A stretch of 63,043 nucleotides of DNA, the filler included, from Octopus bimaculoides (lineage: Eukaryota), in the NCBI RefSeq assembly GCF_001194135.2. It is 7 parts of 7 records of this genome, joined end to end, with 100 filler letters (N's around TTAATTAATTAA, not from the genome) between each part and the next. Parts side by side here need not be neighbours in the genome. Positions count along the whole stretch, not along the records: positions 35,099 to 50,659 come from NC_068997.1; positions 50,760 to 54,171 come from NC_068990.1; 5 more parts are not named here. One strand, 5' to 3'. How positions within the stretch are numbered: the stretch's first letter is position 1; the number at the start of each line of letters is the position of its first letter. The notes under the pieces were generated by a model, which saw only the letters and a list, made by a program, of their open reading frames with translations, did not search any database and was not told the origin of the DNA. The translations under genes and the position numbers were made by a program. Positions 37,455 through 50,892 of this stretch are shown in pieces.

Positions 37455-38523
37455 TCATTGGCAAATAGGTGGATGAATAAAAAAAAAAGAATCCTAAATT
37501 GATTTATGATTGAAATGACTGACAGCCTCCAATGCACTTTGCCCCTCTTTATCTAACGATCCATACGGACGCTGTATTCGTTCATTAAAACATCAAAAGA
37601 CATCAAAGACTACGTTTTACCAATTCCAGACAATGGGAAACTAGAACTATTTTAGGAGCGTCAAAGATCGGTTCGGAACGTACAAAGAAGAGCGCCTTAT
37701 TTTCCTTAATAATACCAACAAACATCAAAGACTTGCATTCATGACAAATATTTGGAACAAGCTTCTCTTACACACACGCACACACACACATACATACGCA
37801 TACATACACACGCGCACACTCACGCACAAGCACTGCGTATATGTGAATCATATTTGTTATGTGTGTGTATGGAGAAAACGAAACAGTAACATATGCATAC
37901 ATAAAGTGTATGCAATTATGTATTTGTGTGATATACATACATACATATACACATACATATATACATATATACCTGTATATCTGGGTGTATATATATATGT
38001 GTATATAGNNNNNNNNNNNNNNNNNNNNNNNNNNNNNNNNNNNNNNNNNNNNNNNNNNNNNNNNNNNNNNNNNNNNNNNNNNNNNNNNNNNNNNNNNNNN
38101 NNNNNNNNNNNNNNNNNNNNNNNNNNNNNNNNNNNNNNNNNNNNNNNNNNNNNNNNNNNNNNNNNNNNNNNNNNNGCACAGGCGTACATAAAAACATTTT
38201 TTTCTCATTCTAGAGTTTGTTTATATTTGTCTATTTCTGCTTTGCTTTTTTTGCTTTTTTTTTAAAGATTTTTCTTCCACTCTCCGCAAACGTGCCTCCA
38301 CATTCAGTAAATAAGTATAGAAACATCGCTACCGAAATTGAATTTTATAACCTTATAAATATAAATATATATATATTCTACATAATATTACTCTATTGTG
38401 ATAAATGTTGCTAGTATATCGCATGATATAACTAATAATATTTTGATATCATTATAGAGCATTTCACGCCTACGATTTAAAGATAATTTTCAAAGAGCAA
38501 CTATATATGACAACAGACAATCG

Positions 38524-38601
<78 letters not shown>

Positions 38602-38769
38602 TGTGTATGGTGGGGTATGTATATGTGTGTGTGGGGGTGTAGACTGGCATACATATATCTATGTATAATCGATAAATTGTCCTTTCAAACGCTTACGTCG
38701 ACATTTATTCCTTTCTCTTCTTTGCACAGTAACAACAACGTAAAATGTCATCTTTCAGGCATGTGTCTG

Positions 38770-38811
<42 letters not shown>

Positions 38812-38918
38812 CACTGTCACTCACACACACTCAGTCACTCACTCTCTCTCACACACACACACAAGTCACTCACTCAGCAGACACACACGAGTCACTCAAA
38901 CGCACACAAATCACTCAA

Positions 38919-38976
<58 letters not shown>

Positions 38977-39189
38977 AGACAGTCACTCACTCACACACAC
39001 ACGCACGTACGCACACATATTGATCTATTTATTGATAGAAACACTATCACTGGTGTATGTATGTATGTATGCATGTATGCATGTATGTATGTATGTATGT
39101 ATGTATGAATGTATGCAGAATTTGTGAGTGTGTGTTTGTATTTCCTTCTGTTCCTATAAACAAACACACACACACACACATCCTTTTTC

Positions 39190-39497
39190 GCGTTTCAGTC
39201 ACTTGACTGCGCCTTTAGCCGAACAAATCGACCCCAGGATTTATTCTCTGTAAGCCTAGTACTTATCCCATCAGTTTCCTTTGCCGAACCGTTAAGTTAC
39301 AGGGGCGTAAACACACCAACATCGATTGTCAAGCTATGGNNNNNNNNNNNNNNNNNNNNNNNNNNNNNNNNNNNNNNNNNNNNNNNNNNNNNNNNNNNNN
39401 NNNNNNNNNNNNNNNNNNNNNNNNNNNNNNNNNNNNNNNNNNNNNNNNNNNNNNNNNNNNNNNNNNNNNNNNNNNNNNNNNNNNNNNNGTGTTTTTG

Positions 39498-39533
<36 letters not shown>

Positions 39534-39572
39534 GACGGGCTTCTTTCAGTTTTCGTCTACCAAATCCACTCA
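39190..39572 (-). mobile_element. SINE family 1 (gapped)
   Basis: Family 1 blocks on both sides of the gap. Confidence 0.75.
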
Positions 39573-42500
39573 CTATGCTTAAAACTTTATTACCAGCTTT
39601 ATTCACTTGCCTTATGGTTTATGTCCAGTTGTCATTTAACAGTCGCCGAAACAAAATTATTGCTACGCCCTGCCGGTGGGGACGTGTGCTCCACCTTGAT
39701 GGAAACTTCAGGTTACACTAAATTACCCCAAACTACATACCTGAATCAGCATCTTTAGGAAGATGGTCGTGTAAACATATCCACGAATCTGATTGGATCT
39801 TTGATACCTGTATAGAAAATTCTTTGACATGGCTCAATGCGGAAGGCATTTCGTTGAAGCTAGACCTGTTAGAAATAGCAGCCAAGTCATGATTAGTTAA
39901 TTACAAAAACGTCCTTGATTGTAATTGATTCTTTACGTGCCGTATGCCATTTTCCGTAAGCTTATCAATGAATGGGGCACACAAAATTTTGATACTATTC
40001 GGTTAAATCATCAGCGGATGTGTACAAAATCGTTCCGGACTTTGATTGGTTTCTGTATGTCACGTGTCAATAAAAAGTAGGCTTATCGTTTATCTATGAA
40101 TAGAAGGCGCACATCTTCGATATGAACCAATGAGGTGCTTCTAATGGGGGTCAGAGAATTTGCGAGAAATAGCTGCAACATCTTCCTATTACATTCTTCC
40201 GTCTTCAGAAAAGAGACGGTACATTAAATCATACATTCTTAGATACACTATTCTTACAAGTTAAGAAAAAAATAAAAAGACAAGATGATCACATCTGATA
40301 TTACCTTTAATCATAACTAGATTAATTAAAGATGACCGTGTACTAAACATCAATAACAATTATAAAATAATAGGTTCATTAAACGGGTTCATTGCCGGGG
40401 GAAATAGCTTGTTTTATTCAATTAATTCCCTTTGTTTTGTATATTTTGCTTTTATGGTGTTCTTGCACTTAATGTCGTCCTAGCCCAAAGAATGTTATTT
40501 AAAACTAATTTAATGTGAGGCTGTTCATGAAATACACACTGCTGCGAAGTAGACTAGTTTAAAAACAAGGCTGTTATGAAATAAATTGAGTTGTCGACAA
40601 GACTACGTTTTTATAAGGTTTGTTGATGGTGTGTAATTCTTTCTGGTATATGCACAAGGTCTGAAATTTGTGAGATGAAGGGATAATCACTAATATCGAC
40701 CCCAGTGCACAACTGGTTTTAATTCTATCTTGAAATGAATAAAGAAGTAATTCGACCTCGACTAAATTTGAACGCGATGTCAGAGAAGAAATGAAGTTAA
40801 GTAATTTGTCCGATGCGCTGGCGATTCTGCCAGCTCGTCACCTTGCGTTATAAAGTAAATACGGTGGTATATAAGACTAGGCTCCTTATAGTTATGTAAT
40901 AAATTATATATAAAACTTTTAATATCAGGCCTTTAATGTTAAGTAATAAATACTGTTGTATACGTGACTAATTTAATATAAGGTCCTCGACCTGATATGA
41001 TAAATTCTCTTGTATTAAAGATTAGTTTCATATAAAGCTTTATTCTGATTTTATAAATTGTTATACTCAAGACTAGTTTAATACAAGCGTCTAATGTTAT
41101 GTAATAAATGCAGTCGTATACAAGCATAGTTTACTAGAAAGTTGTTGAGCTGATATAACAAATAAAAAATTTTTTTGTATAACAGACTGGTTCAATATGA
41201 GTTTTTTTTTTTTTAAATATGTTAACCATTGTTACGTATAAGGCTGCTTTCATATAAGGCATTTAATGTGTTGAAGTAAATATACGGCTTTTTTGTTACG
41301 TAATATTGTTGTATGCAAAGCTTTTTTAACTTATAATAGAATCAGGATGATGAACCTGCAAAACAGGGAAATAACGAGACAAGGTTCAGAGATCGAATTC
41401 AATCGATTACGAATAATCACGGGTGCGTGATTAGGGTTTCTCGTGGTTCTTGTTAAGTTCCCAGTCTTCTTTGATTAGTAAAATTTAAGAAGAATGAGAA
41501 CCAATTTCGACCATCCTGTCTGTTTCTTGTTCATATTTTCAAGCATAACTTTATGTAGGACTACATTTTCTTAATAATTCAATCGACCCTAGAAATAGCA
41601 GCTAAACATCGTCTTCATAACCGTTCTAATAACACAAACACAACACAGAAGAGATATAGAACTAAATATATAGATATAGATGGGATGGACACGCCTGGAG
41701 TGCATTTGATCATAGTTCTAAGTTCAAGGATACCATTGAATATCCTGCGTTTTAGCTATGGTTTAAATTTTTTTTTTTTTTTTTTGAGATTTTCGAATAC
41801 GACAAGGCTTGCTTGATGCGCTACATATTCTGCTCAGGCCTTTTAACTAGTCCCAGTACTTTATTGGTACTTTATATAATTGATTCTTCAAAGAAGAGGC
41901 CGAGTTGATCAGGGAGAACTTGAACTCAGAGCGTATCATGTATGAGCGTCTACGTATATATGTGCGTTCGTTTGCGTTTGTGTGAGCGCGTGCATGTGTG
42001 TGTGTGTGTGTGCATGCGCGTATGTGTGCATGTGTGTGTGCCTGTGTGCCTACACGCATACACACACACACACAAACACACACATATTTGCATATAAGGC
42101 CAACACCACTCAATGAGCCGTATTGTTGTTGTTGTTGGTAGTGGTGGTGGTCTCGTGTTAATACAAATTTGAGGGGGATTTGTCTTCTATTTCTACCCCC
42201 ATCGACCACCTCAAATTCTCGATTTACTCAACCAGCTAATATCGAAGGTATATATATATATCTTTTTCATTCGTAAATCCTACTTTCTCTACGTTATCTA
42301 CGTAAAATACCACGTGACAATTCAACAACCAATCAGATTCCAGAATATGCATTCTCCCTCACCATCTTAATAAATAACGTGTTTGCTGAAAGTTTGTTTG
42401 CTATTTTTACAACTTCTGTTGTCGTATATCTTATTTCTAGTCAAATTTATGTGTATTTTAGAAGGAGTAATCTAAAGAATAGAGGCTTCTGCTACTCAAT

Positions 42501-44223
42501 TTGAAGACTATTTAGAAATTAACTGAAGTATACTTTAACAAAATAGATTTTATTTATCTGAAAGCCACATCCTATTTATTTTCATATACGTCTACATCTA
42601 TTGACATAGTCTGATAGTATTCTGAACAGTGGACGGATGAAAAAATCCTGTCGAGACGCGAGAGAAAGCCTTTGTCTCCAGGCTTATCCGTGTGGTTAAG
42701 GACCTTACTTCTCAACCACACACTGAATAAGTAAAAGACATACAATAGAATAAGTACCGAGGTTGATTCGTTCGACTAAAATTCTTCAAGGCGTGCTCCA
42801 GCAAGGCCGCAACAGTCTGATTATTGAGATAAAACAAAAGATATATCACTCATGTATGTGTATGTGTGTGTGAAGGGCGTGTGATTGAGTGTATGTGTGT
42901 GTATGCGTGTGTGTGTGTGTGGGTTTGTCCTCCACCACTGCTTGACAAACCGCTGTTGGTGTGTTTACTTCTCCGTAACTTAAGCGATTCGGTGAAAGAC
43001 ACAAACGGGATAAATACCNNNNNNNNNNNNNNNNNNNNNNNNNNNNNNNNNNNNNNNNNNNNNNNNNNNNNNNNNNNNNNNNNNNNNNNNNNNNNNNNNN
43101 NNNNNNNNNNNNNNNGCAGCAGTTTGATTTGTTTGTGTGTGTATGTGTGTGTGTGTGTGCGCGCGCGCGCGTGCATCTACGTATCAGTTGCTGGTCAAAT
43201 GTGATTAAGCAGTGATCTAATTAACACGCGGCACATCCTCGCTCTATACACAAATATAGCCATTGATTAAACACAGATATAACAGCGATACACAAACTCT
43301 ATATTTTACATTCCTTGTGTATGACTCAAGTGTAACACACAACTGGCTACTGGTGGTGGTGACGGTGGGAGTATAGGTGATAATGGTCGTAATCGTTTTT
43401 GGTCCCCTTCTTAATGGTAGTAGGGGTTAAGTGGTTGATGGGTGATGGTGGTGGTGGTGATGGTGGTGGTGGAAGTAGAGATGATTATGGTGGTGGTGGT
43501 GGTGGTGATTGTGAGCTTGGTTTAAGCGTTGCAGACGAAACTGGTTGCTATGGCTCATGTACGGTCCCGTGTTTGTCCAGATTCGAGGGTTAGTAGAGCA
43601 TTTCACCGTTGTGGTCCATCTGTGACCATCCCTGTGTATTTGTCTATGTTTAATTATATCTACGAAATGTTCTTCGTGCATCGCGTCCTTCGTTTTCGCA
43701 TTGATGTTTATGCATATATAAATGTATGAACCGGGCTGGCAGAACCATGATCGAAGACAATCTATCCGTGACCGTCTTTTTTTTTTTTTTTTTTTCAATT
43801 CTGAGACAGATACATCACACTGTCTAATGTGTGTCTTTCCATATATTTAAAAATAATTGAGTGTAATTTCAGTGAGATTTGGCTGCTATTTCTAGCAGAT
43901 TGAGTGACTTCATAGGTGCACCGGGGTCGATCCGTATGAGCCTTGTCGTCGTTAAAAGCAGGTAACGATCGTGGTTGAAATAGAGGTGGTGGTAGTGCTA
44001 CTGCTACGGTTCTCATTGGGACTGGACTGGTGATGGAGGCGGAGCTGGGAATCTTAAGTTGGTCCCAGCTGTTGTTTTTTCTTGCCTTGCTTGAGTGCAG
44101 ACTTCATTGAGCTGCGCTAATCAAATGCATTCCAGATTTCACCACCGAATCGTTTTCGTTATGACAATGTGTGGAATAGGAATTACATTATCCAACCTAT
44201 ATTTTGTGATCATCATCATCATC

Positions 44224-44277
<54 letters not shown>

Positions 44278-45645
44278 GTTATGAAGGCAGTGAGCTAGTA
44301 GAATCGCTTGCACGCCGGACAAAATGCTTAGTGGCTTGTCGTCTGTCTACGTTCTAAGTTCAAATTCTTATTTCTTATTTCTTTATTGCCCCCAAAGGGG
44401 CTAAACATAGAGGTGGCAAGCAAGGACAGAAAAAACGATTAAGTCGATTACATCGACCCCTAGTACGCAACTAGTACTTAATTTATCGACTCCTAAAGCA
44501 TGAAAGGCAAAGTCTACCTCGGAGGANNNNNNNNNNNNNNNNNNNNNNNNNNNNNNNNNNNNNNNNNNNNNNNNNNNNNNNNNNNNNNNNNNNNNNNNNN
44601 NNNNNNNNNNNNNNNNNNNNNNNNNNNNNNNNNNNNNNNNNNNNNNNNNNNNNNNNNNNNNNNNNNNNNNNNNNNNNNNNNNNNNNNNNNNNNNNNNNNN
44701 NNNNNNNNNNNNNNNNNNNNNNNNNNNNNNNNNNNNNNNNNNNNNNNNNNNNNNNNNNNNNNNNNNNNNNNNNNNNNNNNNNNNNNNNNTGGGGTGAATC
44801 TAATCATCTGCATCCCCCGCCCTCACCCCATCCCGTCCCACCGAAATTTCAAGTTTGAACCAAAAAATTAAAAATTCAAGCTTGAGCCTTAAAAAAATTA
44901 TATTCTGAGTTGAAATGCCGCCGAGGTCAAGATTGCCTTTCATTCGTTCAGATAAAATGAAGTACCAGTCAAATACTGGGGAGTCGAAGTAATCAATTAA
45001 CCCCCACGACCTAAACTTACAATCCTTGTACCAAAAAAATAACAAAAAAAAAATGAAAGAATTTGTTTTTTTTTTTCTTTTAGACTGTAAAGTGTGATTT
45101 CTGAGAGAACAGGCAATAGGTGACGATGGGAAATTTTTGTTAGTTGTGGTGGAGGTGATAGCTATGGCAGTAGTCTCGGTAATGGTGCGACATGAGGCTG
45201 TTCATTGGCATTAGTGTTCATGGTGGTGGTGGTGAGGATGGAGAAATTCGAACTATTTTGGTATTGGTGGTGGTGGTGGTGGTAATGACGACGAGAGTAG
45301 TGATTCTAGTGACGAAGGAAATGGTGGTCGTGATAGAGGTAATGACGATGGTAGTGGTGGCGGTGGTGCTGATGATGATGATGATGTGGTGGTGATGATA
45401 GTGATGAAGCGAGATATGGGGGTGGTAGTGGTGGTATTAGTAGTAGTGTTGAAAACAGTGGGGGGTGCGTGATGGGGAAAGGTGGTTGTGGGCGGTGGTG
45501 TGTGCTTAAAATATTTAAAACTATATCCATTAGTTTAATTAGATAAGTATACGGTACGAATCTGTAGAGTCTCGAAGATAAAGTGGTGGATAGCGGGTTT
45601 TGTTGGTTGTGTATATACATACAGACACATACATGGATACTGACA

Positions 45646-45681
<36 letters not shown>

Positions 45682-46587
45682 TATATATACACGTTTATGT
45701 GCGTTGGGATTGTATATGTGTGTGTTATATATACATATGTCTACATACATGAATATATATGCATATATATGTGTATGTATGTATATAAAGGTTTATATAT
45801 GCATCCATGCACACATATATATTAATAAAAATGGGTGTGCGTCTTTGTGAGTGTGTATGTATGTATGNNNNNNNNNNNNNNNNNNNNNNNNNNNNNNNNN
45901 NNNNNNNNNNNNNNNNNNNNNNNNNNNNNNNNNNNNNNNNNNNNNNNNNNNNNNNNNNNNNNNNNNNNNNNNNNNNNNNNNNNNNNNNNNNNNNNNNNNN
46001 NNNNNNNNNNNNNNNNNNNNNNNNNNNNNNNNNNNNNNNNNNNNNNNNNNNNNNNNNNNNNNNNNNNNNNNNNNNNNNNNNNNNNNNNNNNNNNNNNNNN
46101 NNNNNNNNNNNNNNNNNNNNNNNNNNNNNNNNNNNNNNNNNNNNNNNNNNNNNNNNNNNNNNNNNNNNNNNNNNNNNNNNNNNNNNNNNNNNNNNNNNNN
46201 NNNNNNNNNNNNNNNNNNNNNNNNNNNNNNNNNNNNNNNNNNNNNNNNNNNNNNNNNNNNNNNNNNNNNNNNNNNNNNNNNNNNNNNNNNNNNNNNNNNN
46301 NNNNNNNNNNNNNNNNNNNNNNNNNNNNNNNNNNNNNNNNNNNNNNNNNNNNNNNNNNNNNNNNNNNNNNNNNNNNNNNNNNNNNNNNNNNNNNNNNNNN
46401 NNNNNNNNNNNNNNNNNNNNNNNNNNNNNNNNNNNNNNNNTAAAATAAGGAAAACTTATATAACTAACCACATCATATGACATGATGGTTATAGCTGGGC
46501 TTGTTCACAGAGCCGATAAAGATCTGTTAAAGCATATTCCTTAACCTTTTACAAAGCTAAGAGCTCTCTCTCTCTCTCTCTCTTCTT

Positions 46588-46820
46588 CCTCTCTTTTACA
46601 CTTTTACTTGTTTCAGTCATTTGACTGTGATCATGCTGGAGCACCGCCTTTAGTCGAGCAAATCGACCCCAGGACTTATTCTTTGTAATCCTAGTACTTA
46701 TTCTATCGGTCTCTTTTGCTGAACCGCTAAGTTACGTGGACGTAAACACACCACCATCGGAAGCTATAGAAGAAGACACTCGCCCAAGTTGCCACGCAGT
46801 GGGACTGAACCCGGAACCGT
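46588..46820 (-). mobile_element. SINE family 1 with internal deletion
   Basis: Family 1 tail and body joined to a head fragment. Confidence 0.75.
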
Positions 46821-47524
46821 AAATTTTGGGGGAAGGGACTAGTCGATCACAGCGACTCCAGTGTTTCACTGGTACTTAATTTATCGATCCTGAAAAGATG
46901 AAAAGGTAAGTCAACCTCGGCGGAATTTGAACGTCGAATGTAGCGATAGGCAAATTACAGTTAAGCATTTCTTCCGGCACGCTACCGATTCTGCCAGTTC
47001 GCCGCCTTACATACATAAATAATTATAATAGTCTCTCGAATCTAAGAGAGAAGATTCTGCAATTTCTTGATGAACAACTTCCATGGATGATTTCTTCATA
47101 ATGACCAAATGTATGCACTGTACACTTGCTTGCTCCTTCCATCAAATCGACATTAGCTGCCGAGGTGCAGAGTGTGCCACACGTCAGATTTCGAAGTGAT
47201 CGCAAAGCGACGTGTAGTGGTGTGTCTTGCTCAAGAACACAATGCACCGTGCCGTCGAGGAATCGAACCGACGGCCACGTGATCGTGTGTACAACACCTT
47301 AGCTGCTAGGTCACGTGTTCTGACACATAAATAGATACATTCATACATACAAGCATGCATGCATACATGCAAACATATATACATACATACATACATATAT
47401 ATACACATATATACATACATACAGGTCAGCAGAAAGACAAAATACATTCGCACGCACGCAGAGACACACATATTTCATGCGTTTGTATATCTGTGTGTGC
47501 GTGCGTTCACATATGTGTGTGCAT

Positions 47525-47558
<34 letters not shown>

Positions 47559-47675
47559 ACGAATGAAAGAAGGAAAGAAAGTATGTATGAAAGAAAGAGA
47601 GAAAGAAAGAAAGAAATAAAGAAAGAGTGTACGTGTGTTTCTGAGTGCATTATGAGTGTGAGAACATATTGTACA

Positions 47676-47711
<36 letters not shown>

Positions 47712-48305
47712 AGTGTGTGTGTATAATTCCTTGTGTATATTTGCGTCCGTGTGTTTACACTTGCCTGCCTTTTATGCTATCTTTTAANNNNNNNNNNNNN
47801 NNNNNNNNNNNNNNNNNNNNNNNNNNNNNNNNNNNNNNNNNNNNNNNNNNNNNNNNNNNNNNNNNNNNNNNNNNNNNNNNNNNNNNNNNNNNNNNNNNNN
47901 NNNNNNNNNNNNNNNNNNNNNNNNNNNNNNNNNNNNNNNNNNNNNNNNNNNNNNNNNNNNNNNNNNNNNNNNNNNNNNNNNNNNNNNNNNNNNNNNNNNN
48001 NNNNNNNNNNNNNNNNNNNNNNNNNNNNNNNNNNNNNNNNNNNNNNNNNNNNNNNNNNNNNNNNNNNNNNNNNNNNNNNNNNNNNNNNNNNNNNNNNNNN
48101 NNNNNNNNNNNNNNNNNNNNNNNNNNNNNNNNNNNNNNNNNNNNNNNNNNNNNNNNNNNNNNNNNNNNNNNNNNNNNNNNNNNNNNNNNNNNNNNNNNNN
48201 NNNNNNNNNNNNNNNNNNNNNNNNNNNNNNNNNNNNNNNNNNNNNNNNNNNNNNNNNNNNNNNNNNNNNNNNNNNNNNNNNNNNNNNNNNNNNNNNNNNN
48301 ATATA

Positions 48306-48341
<36 letters not shown>

Positions 48342-48688
48342 GACATTCATATAAAATATATATATATATATGAGGAAGGGTAATGTGTGAGTTATTGTGT
48401 GTGTGTGTGTGTGTGTGTGCTTATGTGTGAGTGAATGCAGTGACTTACCGACATAGTTATGTGTGATTAATATAGCTATATAAATATCTGTGATTGAATG
48501 TAGAATAAAACGTGTGTATGCTTGTGTGCGTGTATGTACTGAAGTGTTTATATCTTTATTTTAGTACACTTATTGCGGTAGCGCAAGATACAATAATGCA
48601 TATATGTATAAGTGTATAGTGTGTGTGTGTGTGTATGTGTGATATAAGTAATACCTCACATATAAGTATCGAAACGCGATCAGATGGG

Positions 48689-48719
<31 letters not shown>

Positions 48720-49038
48720 GTAGATAGGTAGATAGGTAGATAGATTAGATAGATAGAAATGATAAAGAAACAAAAACACGTTATCTTTGATATGCCAATA
48801 AATGTACACTGATCGATAATCAATACAAATTTGTGAAAATATTTGAACATTGCTCTATATATACACATACTTTTATCTCTTTCATGACGGAAGTTTTCTT
48901 CGATTGAACTGAGGATTTTATTATTCATTTTCTGTTCAAAGCAACGGATGGAGATTTTTCACCTTTTGTTTACCAGGCTGAGGTTGATCAAAATAGTTAC
49001 CTGCCAATAACGAAGTCCAATAAAATAACATAATTAAA

Positions 49039-49074
<36 letters not shown>

Positions 49075-50344
49075 CCTTTCTACTAAATGCATAAGGCCTG
49101 AAATTTTGGGTGAGGGAGTAAATCGATTACATCGACTCCAGTATTCGACTGGAACTTAATTTATCGAACTCCGAAAGGATGGAAGACAAAGTCGACCTCG
49201 GCGGAATTTGAACTCAGAACGAAAAGACAAAGTGAAATACTGCTAAACATTTCGCTCGGCGTCCTAATGTTTCTTATTTCTTTATTGCCCACAAAGGGTT
49301 AAACATAGAGGGGGACAAACANNNNNNNNNNNNNNNNNNNNNNNNNNNNNNNNNNNNNNNNNNNNNNNNNNNNNNNNNNNNNNNNNNNNNNNNNNNNNNN
49401 NNNNNCAGAAGGGGTTTCGATTACATAGACCCCAGTGCGTAAGTAGTACTTAATTCGACCTCGGCGGAATTTGAACTCAGAACGTAACGGCAAACGAAAT
49501 ATCGCTAAGCATTTCGCCCGGCGTGCTAACGATTCAGCCAGCTCACCTCCACGCTGTATGGCAAGCCATAAATTGTGAGCTATCGAAGATATGTGAACGA
49601 AGGTGCCTCGTCCTTCAATACGCTTGAAATACCAACTTAAACTCCTTTATGGAATGGTTCCTTATTGTCGTGAAAAGAGACGGAAACGTCAGAAGAATAT
49701 CTTCTTCAGTAAGCCTTATTCAGCAGAATCACGGTTGTCATAGGTCTACTCGGTCGCAGATATCGACCTGATGATGAATAACAACAACAGCACCAATAAC
49801 TAAGTTAACTGAAAAGTCTTGACGGTTTTTCATAATTTTTTTTTCTTCTTTATTTTGCAAGAAAGAAATATTTTGAATTAATTCCATCCAAAGACCCAAT
49901 TTTCAAAGCAGCGATTATGCAGTGCTGTAGGAAGTAATCGATTGGCAATTTGGTATTTTTCAACAACGGTTAATTATGATTATCAATTGACACTGGGCGT
50001 TGATTTCACGCCCAGTCCCACTTCCAGACACACACCTTACCCACATGTCATGCTATTGGCATTATGCAAAGGATGGGAGAGGGAGCAACCATTCCAGCCC
50101 ATAGCTCTCACAGCCCCCAGGAACTGAACTTCACTCCCCCGACGCCCCATAATGCATCTGGCGTAAACGTCATGATTCCAGTGTTCGACGTAATTGTTAC
50201 CGAATGTCACTTAGGATGAGAGTAAGAAAAAAGATAGATAGATAGATAGATAGATAGATGGAAAGAGAGAGAAAGAGAGACAGGTACAGGCATACATAGA
50301 TAGCGGGAGAAAGAGAGAGAGAAAGACAGACAGACTGACAGACG

Positions 50345-50406
<62 letters not shown>

Positions 50407-50859
50407 GAAAGAGAGAGAAAGATGGAGGGAGAGATGAGGAGAGTTCTATGGAGACAAGATTGGTGTGGGTTATTGATTGTGATTGATAACCAATCTGTGT
50501 GATATCATCATCATCTTCGTCATCATTGTCATCACCACCACAACCATCATCATCATCATCGACCTCTGCTCCACACTGCTGTCCACCGAACTATTTACTA
50601 AATGACGTTTCTGCTTTTAAAATGTGATGTAATTTTGTTTGCCTCAATTAGCCCCGTCTNNNNNNNNNNNNNNNNNNNNNNNNNNNNNNNNNNNNNNNNN
50701 NNNTTAATTAATTAANNNNNNNNNNNNNNNNNNNNNNNNNNNNNNNNNNNNNNNNNNNNATATATATACACACACACACATTACATATGCACACAAAAAA
50801 ACACACACATATATATATAACACAAACACAGACACACAGACACACACGCACACACACAT

Positions 50860-50892
<33 letters not shown>

